Below, piece after piece: positions 53,513-62,778 of a stretch of 64,000 nucleotides of DNA; the first letter of the stretch is position 1, and each line of letters starts with the position of its first letter. Below the pieces are notes generated by a model, which saw only the letters and a list, made by a program, of their open reading frames with translations, was not told where the DNA came from and searched no databases. The stretch is from assembly GCA_965230895.1 (NCBI GenBank), contig OZ246394.1:1377887-1441886 (forward strand), in the 5' to 3' direction. Source of the DNA: an uncultured Gammaproteobacteria bacterium (GTDB lineage Bacteria > Patescibacteriota > Microgenomatia > Levybacterales > UBA12049). The translations under genes were made by a program, and so were the position numbers.

Positions 53513-55684
53513 TTAGTTTGCTGGTTGCTCATTTGCCGCCTGACTTGGAGATGGATTTGTTGCTGGAATCGAAGGAGCAGGGATTTGCTCTCGTGGATTC
53601 CTCTCAGGCAATGTTGTTGATGGTCGGTTTACATCTATTTGCTGTTCTGCTTCTTCACCAGTGTTTGCTGGAGTTGCAGATTGGCTTGCTGTTTGTTGCT
53701 TGCTACCTTCGTTAGTTTGCTCGTTTCCTTGCTGTCTCTTGTTCAAGTTCGCGATATCAGCGTCAATCTTCGCTACATTATCTTTATTGTCCGCAACTAA
53801 TTGCTTAACGATATTGTATGCACTCAATGCTTGAGCATATTCACCCTTTTCTTCAAGAGCGTGCCCCAAATTGTAGTATGCATTTGCATAATCCTGTTTC
53901 AAATTGATTGCAATCTGGAATTGTCGGATCGCATCATCATATTTCCCCAATTGGTAGTATACGCCACCCAAGTCAATATATTGTTGTGGGTTATTTGCAT
54001 CAAGTGCGATAGCTTGTTGCAAAGTAAGGATAGTAAATTGATCGGCATTTTCACCAAAGCCGATCAAACTTCGGTAGATTGATGACAAGTTATTCCAGTT
54101 AAATGAGGTCATAGGGGAAACAGTGACTGCTGTTCTGCCTGCATTGATTGACTGCTGAATCAACGTTAAGATATTTTGCTGTGTTTGTGCGCTTGGAGAT
54201 GCTCCTTGTTGATTTACTGCGAGTGCATTAGCCAAAGCGAGATTTGTTTGTGAGAAAGATCGATAGTAGATGTCTCGATATGGGAATGTGTTAATTGAAG
54301 CAGCCTGCAATTCATATGTTGTGATGCCATCGTTTTGTGACGCAGCAACCAATGATCTCTGGAAAAGGAGGTCAGATAATGTGAATCGTGCTACAAAGTA
54401 GAGCGGAGCACCGATGACGACGATTACAAAGATTATGAAGACGATTGGAAGAATCTTACTAAATCTCTTTTCTGAAGCACTCTGCTCAACTCGATCTGAC
54501 TCAGGTGTAACGGCTAAGAAGCCTTTTTTGAAAGCTACTAAGTACATTTCAGCTTCACCAAATTTGCCAGGATTGTTGTGGATGCAAACGACAGCGAACA
54601 AAGCTAATAAGATAAAGAATAGTGCGATAAGAGTAAAAGAGAATGGCAAAGCAATAGCTGCTACGATCGCTAAGATCAATGGGAGGAAAAATGTCTTTTG
54701 CTTTAATACTCTTAAGATAATAAATCCGAATGCAACTAAGCCTAAAAGCCCTGTGGTTGCGAGCAATTCGAGCACGAATGAACTTGACCGGAAGAATGTG
54801 AATGCCCATAGCGTAGGGTTTGTGTTATATACAGCAGGCTTGAATTGAGTGAAATCATTAATGTATGTGCCAAACCCACTTCCGAGCAAGAGACTCTTAA
54901 ATATATTTGATGCACCTTGTGAGATTGCTGACATAGCTGTCTGCAATCCAGTATCAAATGGTAAAATAAGCGGCTTTTGTGAAGTGAAAAGCATATACAC
55001 AGTTAAACTCAAAGCAATAGCAATTACCGCGAATCCAACTGCAAAGCCAGCCATAGGTCCGCCTTTGCCTTTTCGAGCTCCTTCACCTTGTGCAGTCTTT
55101 GACGCGTTAAGGTAGTTGTAACCGAAATAGCCTGCGATTGGTAATACAATTGCGAGGTAGAGTGCCTGATCAAGCAACGATCCGAATGTGGTAAAAGCTT
55201 GAGATTTTGCATAGACAAATGGCAGTAAATGAATGTTAAAGAATGAAAAGATTGTTAAAATAGCCGAAACTGAAGCTCCAAGAGTCAATGCTCCTAGAAG
55301 AAAAAGCAGATGTTTTTCAGTTCGTACTGTATTTACAACTACAAAGTAGAGAAGCATGACAAACAATAATGGAGTGAATGCAATTAACGCGTCATATCTA
55401 TTGATACTAAAAATAGCTGAAAGTAATGTCACAACTGCAAATATCCCAACAGGAAGATCAAATGGAGAGGTCCTGAGTTTCAACTTTCCTTCAAAGAGTG
55501 TTTTAACTCCAAATAAAACAAGAGCAATGGATGTAAGACCGATAAGTAACAATTGCTTTGGTAATACAAACGCGTCAGTTGTACTACTTAGAAAGAGGAG
55601 CGGGAAGACGACGAAAAGTATGGCGACAACAAATAAACTTGCGCTTTCTAAATAAGATGTGATTCCTTTTTTTGTTCCGGGCAT
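53513..55684 (-). CDS. Polytopic membrane protein, O-antigen-ligase/Wzy_C-like, with C-terminal TPR repeats
   Basis: About 12 TMs, LGSGFGTY..F, LELLATTGLLG, TPRs (LGGVYYQLGKYDDAI, AYYNLGHAL). Confidence 0.8.
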   Translation of the reverse strand: MPGTKKGITSYLESASLFVVAILFVVFPLLFLSSTTDAFVLPKQLLLIGLTSIALVLFGVKTLFEGKLKLRTSPFDLPVGIFAVVTLLSAIFSINRYDALIAFTPLLFVMLLYFVVVNTVRTEKHLLFLLGALTLGASVSAILTIFSFFNIHLLPFVYAKSQAFTTFGSLLDQALYLAIVLPIAGYFGYNYLNASKTAQGEGARKGKGGPMAGFAVGFAVIAIALSLTVYMLFTSQKPLILPFDTGLQTAMSAISQGASNIFKSLLLGSGFGTYINDFTQFKPAVYNTNPTLWAFTFFRSSSFVLELLATTGLLGLVAFGFIILRVLKQKTFFLPLILAIVAAIALPFSFTLIALFFILLALFAVVCIHNNPGKFGEAEMYLVAFKKGFLAVTPESDRVEQSASEKRFSKILPIVFIIFVIVVIGAPLYFVARFTLSDLLFQRSLVAASQNDGITTYELQAASINTFPYRDIYYRSFSQTNLALANALAVNQQGASPSAQTQQNILTLIQQSINAGRTAVTVSPMTSFNWNNLSSIYRSLIGFGENADQFTILTLQQAIALDANNPQQYIDLGGVYYQLGKYDDAIRQFQIAINLKQDYANAYYNLGHALEEKGEYAQALSAYNIVKQLVADNKDNVAKIDADIANLNKRQQGNEQTNEGSKQQTASQSATPANTGEEAEQQIDVNRPSTTLPERNPREQIPAPSIPATNPSPSQAANEQPAN

Positions 55685-55825
55685 AGAATTGAAAAATAGA
55701 TCTCTATTAAACTCTACCAAGTTATTTTAGTGGTTGTCAAGTTTAATATTACTATATTTATTGTGGACTGGTATTTCATATTTTTGCCTCGATTTCCCTA
55801 TACTATTATATAGTTCATAAAGTTA

Positions 55826-58800
55826 TTAATTAACAATCCACCAGTTAAATGTGATATCTTTTGTCGCATTATTTGATATTTGGATAGTGAAAGATCCTTT
55901 TTTGCCAGTTTGTGTATCTTGAGCTGTTTGCCGAGCTACATAAAGTGTCATTTTCTGTGTATCAGACGTCGCTGTCACGTAAATCAATGAATCCTTTGTC
56001 ACGTAAGGAGTGAAAATTGTTCGTTCTTTTTGTTTTGCTTTAATGATGCCTTTGCCAGCTGAATTATTGGAAGTTGTTTCAACGACTGAAGTATCTGCTT
56101 GTACTCCTCGTACAATATTAATATTTGCGAACTTACCTGCACCGGATGCTTCAACATCACCTTTTTGGCTGACTCGTACAACATCTTTTCCTTGATTGTT
56201 CTCAACTGTGAGGTCTGAACCCGGAACTGGCGCAATGATGTTTGCTGCCAATTTTCCTTTAACCGTAACATCCTTTGCAAAGAATGCATTACCATTTACT
56301 TCGAGATTACCTTGGGTATCGATAGCAACTTTACCATTGACGAACTCTACGCCATTAAATCCATCTGATTGGATTCGAAGTGGACCTGAGGCCGTATTAA
56401 TTGTAGCAGTGCCTTCATCATCAAGTCCGTTAATGTTCATGAGTCCTACTGTCACTTTTCCAGTAATTCCAACGTCAGAAAGGGTTGTTCTGCCAAGGAC
56501 AGAAAGTGTATTTGAAACTGTAGCATCCCGCGTGTCCAATTTCTCAAGTCCTAGTTCTGTTGGAGTTCGTAACGTATCCATGAATGTTTGTGGATCTTGA
56601 GAGAGCATTTCACTTACTTCTGAGCTAAATTCGGCAGCAGGGGAAGCTGCTGGACTTTGTGTTACTGAAGGACTTGCCACAGGTGTCGCTGATGGAGTGC
56701 TCATGATTCGAGTGATAGTAGGTGTCGGTATACTATTATAGATAGGCATAATCGTTGCTGCTGGAGATGCAACTCTTTGAGCCGCGACTGTCGCCGTTGC
56801 ACTTTGTGTTGCTTCACTAGCTTGAATAGCTGCAGTTGTCGCATTTGGTTGTGTGTATGCAATTTCTGCAGATGCAGTTGCTGCAACGGTTAATCCCTCC
56901 AATGCATCTGCTGATGGAAGATCTGTCTTTGCTTGTCCAGTGATTCTTTCAACAATTCCTGCGATGTAGTCATCTATGTGTTGTCCATTAATGAAAAGGT
57001 CGGTTGATGTAATGTTCAAACTTTGTGTAGTAATTTCGGTAACTTTTATCACTGACGCGATAAAGCCATTTTCAGCCTTTTCATTTTGTTGATCAGTTGC
57101 TGTAGCAATGCCTGCATTAACAGCCAAATTCAAATCGCCAGCATCTGTGACTTGTGATTGCGGAACCTGATAAGAGATATTTACGAATGACATTACCTTT
57201 CCAATAGCATTTGGATCAGTATTGTCATAACTTTCGAGTGCTCGAGCGATGATCTGTCCAGGTCGTGTCGCTTTCATCGCAACTCCTGGTATGTTTGAAG
57301 AGGTGAGGGGATCTCCCGCTTTAATCGCTCCATTACTTGTTGTCACTTTCACTGGCACTCTTCCTTGTAATGCCAATGGATACACATTTGGATGGTCAGC
57401 ATCTGGAGCTGCATCTGAATTGAGGGTAAAACCAGGCTTAGTTGATATGATACCTATCACTTGAGATTGGTATGATGTAGTTGATTTTACAACTGCTTGA
57501 TTGTTCTGGAGACTTTCAGGTATTACAACGTCACCTGGTTCAAGTGTTTGCGCTGAAACATAATTCTCTGCTAAGTCAGCTGCTTGTACTGTTGTGTTCG
57601 CTGCATAGATAGTTCCAGGTGTTGAACCAGCACAAGCGCCAGCAGTTGCTCGGACGCAAATAGAACCAGCAACATTAAATGCTCTGAGTGATTGATTCCA
57701 TGCAATTGATGGGTCTTGGACGAGTTGAGCATTTGCGCCAATAAATGGTAGTGCACCTGGTGTAAAACCAGTCAATGTAAAATTCTTTCCAGCAGCAACT
57801 GTCATTCCTTCATTTGCATTAATTAAACCATTGGCATTAACTGTACCGTTTAATTTACTTTCACCTTTTACTTCTATACTATTATTAATAGTCGTAACGC
57901 CTGTCTTTCCACCAAGTGAAAGGGTGGTGGCATTATCACCGATTGTTAAATTGGTTACATTTGTATTAGCAATACCGAATGTGTTACTGTTTGATGCTAT
58001 AGTATTTCCGTTTATAGCAATGTTTCCAGCGAACATTCCATCTCCTGCAGCGTTAACTCTGAATTTAGCAACATCATTGGCAAAACCGCTAATGATATCG
58101 TCACCTGAATTTTGTTTGACAGTAAGGGCTGAACGTCCATTTGTATTCCCGAGGATAGCAACGATGTCGGTAATTGTTACCGCGCCTGGTATGCCTGCAG
58201 CAGTGTTATTGCTTGTAGTATTTTGGATTGGAGCTTGCATGTCTATAATACCCGAACCATCAGTCGTTAATTGGATATTGCCATTTGATCCAGGGTTTGT
58301 AGTAAGAACCATTGTTTGGCCTGATAATGTAAATTGGCCTCCAGTAGCTTGGAATGTAGGACTAGCACTGCCTCCTATAGTTAAATCACCTGATGAGTCT
58401 AAAGCCAAAATTACGTTCTCAGTCGCCGCACTGTTTGTTATAGGCTTTAAGCCCTGTAGTGCTTGAGAATTGCTTGCTAAACCTGTTGTTGCGATCTGTC
58501 TTCGAGGCTGCAATTCTGCATCTCTTCCTACAGTCAAACCTACATAAAGGTTAGGGTTAGACGTAAGTAATTGCTGAGTTAGTGTTGCTTTCTTTCCAAG
58601 TGCTGTCGTGAAATAGCCATCCTGGTCTGGGGTTACACTTTGTGTTTCTTGCCAGAGCAATGCTGCTCCTGAAGCAGTTGGGCTATTATATAGCGCAAAC
58701 CGCAGCTTCGTTTCTGCGGTGATTGGTGTATTTGTTTTGTCCATTAGTCTTCCTTGGAAAGCGAGTGTTCGCGGAGGAGATATTGGTTGCGAGGCAAGAG

Positions 58801-60127
58801 CTGCAGTGTTTTTACTTGGTGGTTCAACAGCAGCCTGGTAACTTGCTACACCTGCAACAGCCATAGCAAATATAAGGATTGCGAAATGAATATGATGGGC
58901 GATAGGGTATGAATGATACTTCTTATACCATGCTGGACGAGTATGTCTCATATGGTGCCAGACTCTCTGATACCATGGTAGATTCTTAAGAGAAATACTC
59001 AATGGCGCATAAAACGATTTAGAAATATTCCTTACGAAATATGGTTTTGCTTTCGTCTTAATTCGGACAAGATCACCCACAACTGTAGCCGTCCTAGTGG
59101 TTATGCGAGTTATAGTACTAACCTTTTTAGGCAATATTACTTCTATTGGCTCAACCGGTAGTTTGTGACCGGCATTTTCTAAAATGGTGTTAACTGGAGT
59201 AAATACGCTCTTGCCTGAATTCTTCCATAATGAATATTGTACAGCCTCAGCACCTTTAGCTATAGGGTTAAATATTAGCGAATCAAATAGGTGACTGACA
59301 AACTTAGTCGTTTTTTGTCCGAGTCGGATTGGAGCAAAGCTGGAATATTTTGTCTCTTTCGGTAATTCTTCCTCAGGTGTGATTTCCTTCAAAGCGGTTA
59401 GGGGCAAGGGTGCTGCTTCCGGTATAATCTTTTGGACTATGGTCTCTTCAGGTTCAACTTTCTCAACCTTTTCTTCAACTATTACTGGTTCTCTTTTAAC
59501 TAGTCCTTGATCACTCAACCAACGGAGATATCTTCGAAGTGAGGAGAGCTTTCTATTTATAGATGTAGGTGAAAACTTCGAATCACTCATTAACCTTTCT
59601 TTATAATGCTCAACCGTTGCAGTATCTATCATAATGAATCGGTTATCCTTTGATACGATATCATCGACATTTACCTTCTCGAACCACAAAAGAAATTGGT
59701 GGATATCATGCAAATAATTCTTGATCGTTAATTTGCTGGCGCCAGTTGCAACGAGAGAATTTTTATATGGTTTTATTTGCCAAGGGTCTTCAATTACTTT
59801 CGGAGAATCGGTAATTATTGCGTCAAATGGATTTGCCTCAATCGCCCCAGAATCGCGTAGGAAGCGACAAAACTTTCTTAATGATGAAATGTACCTCTTT
59901 GCAGAACGAGTAGCGACGACAGAACCTTGACTGTTTTCATTAAGACTCTGTTGATAGTTCTTTATAAGCTCGGGAGATAGATTTGAAGCTGAAAATGTAC
60001 TACCCTCAGTCTTTTCATACCATTGAATGAACTTCCTTACGTCAGAAAGGTAGTTTTTCACAGTTACCTTGCTAGGTTTATTCCTGTCTGTGAAAAGATG
60101 TAATCTAAAATCATTTACTATATCCAT
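55826..60127 (-). CDS. Fusion protein: two integrase/Xer core-binding (SAM-like) domains, TM helix, extracellular tailspike-like fibre with a peptidase-G2-like domain
   Basis: SKVTVKNYLSDVRKF..RYISSLRKFCRFL..NPF and SKLTIKNYLHDIHQF..SINRKLSSLRRYLRWL; TM at about aa 410-432; LAFQGRL..LWQETQ; ADLAENY..GDVV..GIISTKPG..GRVPVKV..GDPLTSS. Confidence 0.85.
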   Translation of the reverse strand: MDIVNDFRLHLFTDRNKPSKVTVKNYLSDVRKFIQWYEKTEGSTFSASNLSPELIKNYQQSLNENSQGSVVATRSAKRYISSLRKFCRFLRDSGAIEANPFDAIITDSPKVIEDPWQIKPYKNSLVATGASKLTIKNYLHDIHQFLLWFEKVNVDDIVSKDNRFIMIDTATVEHYKERLMSDSKFSPTSINRKLSSLRRYLRWLSDQGLVKREPVIVEEKVEKVEPEETIVQKIIPEAAPLPLTALKEITPEEELPKETKYSSFAPIRLGQKTTKFVSHLFDSLIFNPIAKGAEAVQYSLWKNSGKSVFTPVNTILENAGHKLPVEPIEVILPKKVSTITRITTRTATVVGDLVRIKTKAKPYFVRNISKSFYAPLSISLKNLPWYQRVWHHMRHTRPAWYKKYHSYPIAHHIHFAILIFAMAVAGVASYQAAVEPPSKNTAALASQPISPPRTLAFQGRLMDKTNTPITAETKLRFALYNSPTASGAALLWQETQSVTPDQDGYFTTALGKKATLTQQLLTSNPNLYVGLTVGRDAELQPRRQIATTGLASNSQALQGLKPITNSAATENVILALDSSGDLTIGGSASPTFQATGGQFTLSGQTMVLTTNPGSNGNIQLTTDGSGIIDMQAPIQNTTSNNTAAGIPGAVTITDIVAILGNTNGRSALTVKQNSGDDIISGFANDVAKFRVNAAGDGMFAGNIAINGNTIASNSNTFGIANTNVTNLTIGDNATTLSLGGKTGVTTINNSIEVKGESKLNGTVNANGLINANEGMTVAAGKNFTLTGFTPGALPFIGANAQLVQDPSIAWNQSLRAFNVAGSICVRATAGACAGSTPGTIYAANTTVQAADLAENYVSAQTLEPGDVVIPESLQNNQAVVKSTTSYQSQVIGIISTKPGFTLNSDAAPDADHPNVYPLALQGRVPVKVTTSNGAIKAGDPLTSSNIPGVAMKATRPGQIIARALESYDNTDPNAIGKVMSFVNISYQVPQSQVTDAGDLNLAVNAGIATATDQQNEKAENGFIASVIKVTEITTQSLNITSTDLFINGQHIDDYIAGIVERITGQAKTDLPSADALEGLTVAATASAEIAYTQPNATTAAIQASEATQSATATVAAQRVASPAATIMPIYNSIPTPTITRIMSTPSATPVASPSVTQSPAASPAAEFSSEVSEMLSQDPQTFMDTLRTPTELGLEKLDTRDATVSNTLSVLGRTTLSDVGITGKVTVGLMNINGLDDEGTATINTASGPLRIQSDGFNGVEFVNGKVAIDTQGNLEVNGNAFFAKDVTVKGKLAANIIAPVPGSDLTVENNQGKDVVRVSQKGDVEASGAGKFANINIVRGVQADTSVVETTSNNSAGKGIIKAKQKERTIFTPYVTKDSLIYVTATSDTQKMTLYVARQTAQDTQTGKKGSFTIQISNNATKDITFNWWIVN

Positions 60128-60237
60128 GGCAGTTTATTGTGAAAACTCGTTACTTAATAAAATACGAAAACTCTTGTTTAGCTACGAAATTATACTGATT
60201 ATACCGATTATCAACGTTAAAAATGAGCTCTTAAACT

Positions 60238-60267
60238 AGAATATATAAAATGTTATTTGGATGTCAA
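60238..60267 (-). promoter_or_regulatory. Sigma70-type promoter for the SAM-fibre gene, overlapping a dif-like 28-mer (60231-60258)
   Basis: Minus strand TTGACA-N16-TATATT or N18-TATTCT. Confidence 0.5.
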
Positions 60268-60761
60268 TAAGCTGGGGGCATATTGATATGTTTGGATACT
60301 CTTTGTTATTGTCGTGTTTTCATGATTTTAGCCTTAATGGTTACACATAGCTGTTTTAAAGGTTAAATTGCCTTAAAAATGCGGAAATTACTGCTATATT
60401 TCGTATTTTTCGTGAAGATATTTTTATTCTAGCCACGATTTGTGCCTATTGAGTTTGAGCACTCTTTACACAGTAATGCTCTGCAAAATGACTAAAAATG
60501 CTTGTAATATGGGATGTTTTTATTAACGAATATTTTAAGAGAAATATGATTCAATAGTAATTGAACTGTGTTTTTGATCTTCCGCAAAATGCTTGAAAGT
60601 GGTTATTTGGCATTCAGAATAGACTAGTGATAGCTTTCCTGAATGATTGTTTGGTTTGAATTGACAATCCAAATGTTTAATTACCGATATTTTACGATAG
60701 CATCATATGATTAATTGTACATACTGGCATCGCTGTTCGTTAATAGTGTGAGTTTGATGAA

Positions 60762-60804
60762 ATCCATTTATAGCATGATCGGTAAAATCATACTATAAAT
60801 GGAT
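60762..60804. repeat. Inverted repeat (18-bp arms, one mismatch, 7-nt loop)
   Basis: ATCCATTTATAG-C-ATGAT cggtaaa ATCAT-A-CTATAAATGGAT. Confidence 0.8.
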
Positions 60805-61754
60805 CATTTATTTGTTGGGGTTTCTATATAAAGTTCTTACGATACCTTTCTTAGTGGAAGTAAAATAGCCTCAATATACCTAAACAGCGCTTATCATGGT
60901 TGTGAAATAGTGTTTTCACTAGGGTTAGCTCAATGGTGAAGTGAAGGATGTTAAGTCATATTTATAGTATAACATCTCAAAAATAAATAGTAGTAATAAA
61001 CGATAGCTAAACTGGTTATTTTAATAGTCCTATATTTATTAATTTGTTTCCACTCATTAGTGAATCCTATTTGCAACTTGTCAATAATTTTAAATTTAGC
61101 CTTGTAATAGAAGACAAGCTGAGAAGCCCTAGAAGGCCCATGAAATATTTCTGCTGTATAATTTATCATCCTATTAACGTATATGTAGGCTAAAGTTTTT
61201 GATAGATGTTTTGCAGTAAAAAGTTGAAGTATTGAGGCTAAAAATAAATTAATGTATATAGTAACTCGTATCTAATATGCATTAGAGTCTTAGAGTGATA
61301 GCACTATAAATACGGTAGTAGCTTTGATATCTATAAGATATGGAATGATCCAATAGTATGTGGCTACTATTCTCTAAGCATATCTAGAGGGATTTCTGCT
61401 AAAAGTTGATTTCTATAGTGTTATGACTATAATCGAGTAATAAGTGATGTTCTTGTGTCTATTTGGGGAAAGGGCTAGGTATTACAAATATACCTAAAAG
61501 GAGCTCTAGAGTTAATATTTAATAGAGTAGTGTAATATGGATATTACTATTGACAAAGTCTATTTAGCAGACTTCGTTTGACTATGATAGTTTGCGAACA
61601 GGTTGATTTGACAACCTAAACAAATAAATGCTGACATGTGTTTTTTAGAAGGCATTCAGATGCGTTTTAAGGCACGCAAATTCCTTTACCAGACTCATTG
61701 ATCATTATACAAAGACCTTAAAAAGCTCTAAATGATACATTTGAGTACTAGAAT

Positions 61755-62777
61755 TTACCTTAACTTCTTCTTTACTCTTTTATAAATGAGTATTGCCAAA
61801 GCTATTATGAATATAAGTCCGAGTAGCAAGTGGGTTGGAAAAACCATAAATCGGATAGTTTGTGAGTTTATTGGCCCATCCTCAGACATAGCTAAATTAA
61901 TTTGGGCACTATAAATCCCGAAAAGGAAATTCTCTTTCCATTCAACCTTAGGTTCGGTTGTCTCCTGGATTGTCCTTGCAATCTGAGTTTCATCAAATAG
62001 TGAACGGGAGGTGCCAGCTAATATCGGAGTTTCGGGAATATCTACTCGACCGACTGCTTGGCCAAAGATATTCTTTATAAGAATATTACCTTTAGGTGCG
62101 ATATAGTGTATGCCTGTGTTTTTAACCTTTATTGCAAATGGTACCGGGCCAGATTGTTTGTACCAAGGAGTAGAGAAATCTTCAATATAGCCTTGGGCTG
62201 TTTCCTGGTTTCCAACTGCAAGTAGAACATTTGCCCCGAGACCTCCTTGAATTGTTGTAATAGTGTGTTGATCTTTTTTGTCACTTATTGTGCTGTTTTG
62301 ATCTGTTTGCTGTGTGACATCATGGAAGAAAATGAGCGAAAAGTAATAGTCTCTAGAAGCTTGATTTTGAGGTAATTGCACTCGAAGCTGTAATTGTTTT
62401 TGCTGCTTAGGCCCTAAATCAAGGCTATTTACGCGTGCATTGTCTGTATCTACAACATATACATAGTTGAAGATGTCATTCGCTGAACCTGGGTTGTCTA
62501 TATATGACACTTTCCCTTCTTGAGATAAAGTAGGATCAAAAAGTTTATAAGCAAGTTTCAATCTGATGGATTGGTCGCTTTGATTCTCAATAATAAAAGG
62601 TGCTCGAAGATCAGAAGGTGTTTGAGCCTTAATCTTGATTGTTGAAGGAGTTATTTTAAGAGCAAGTCCCTCAGCATATGCTTTTGTAGGTAAAAATGAG
62701 CTCGCAAGTATTGAAAATGTCGCGACTCCAAGAAATAATCTCGACTTGAATGATGTAGTACGTTGTGCTTTGATCAT
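61755..62777 (-). CDS. DUF916/WxL-interacting-like protein
   Basis: LKITP, IENQS, LGPKQ, DYYFSLIF, VKNTGIH, FGIYSA, C-terminal TM plus basic tail. Confidence 0.75.
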   Translation of the reverse strand: MIKAQRTTSFKSRLFLGVATFSILASSFLPTKAYAEGLALKITPSTIKIKAQTPSDLRAPFIIENQSDQSIRLKLAYKLFDPTLSQEGKVSYIDNPGSANDIFNYVYVVDTDNARVNSLDLGPKQQKQLQLRVQLPQNQASRDYYFSLIFFHDVTQQTDQNSTISDKKDQHTITTIQGGLGANVLLAVGNQETAQGYIEDFSTPWYKQSGPVPFAIKVKNTGIHYIAPKGNILIKNIFGQAVGRVDIPETPILAGTSRSLFDETQIARTIQETTEPKVEWKENFLFGIYSAQINLAMSEDGPINSQTIRFMVFPTHLLLGLIFIIALAILIYKRVKKKLR

Positions 62778-62778
62778 A

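Noticed and set aside
55826-60127. Prophage or integrative element suggested by the integrase-like N-terminus and tail-fibre-like domains
   Set aside because: No catalytic recombinase domain, att repeats, capsid, terminase or replication genes; the fibres have signal/TM anchors and sit among cell-envelope genes
43280-60127. Diversity-generating retroelement targeting the fibre C-termini
   Set aside because: No reverse transcriptase and no near-identical template/variable repeat pair differing at adenines was seen
60951-61169. 72-aa minus-strand ORF in the non-coding region
   Set aside because: Composition typical of random AT-rich sequence and no convincing start signal
60128-61754. CRISPR array or iteron array in the long intergenic region
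   Set aside because: No regularly spaced direct repeats of 20 bp or more and no cas genes in the window
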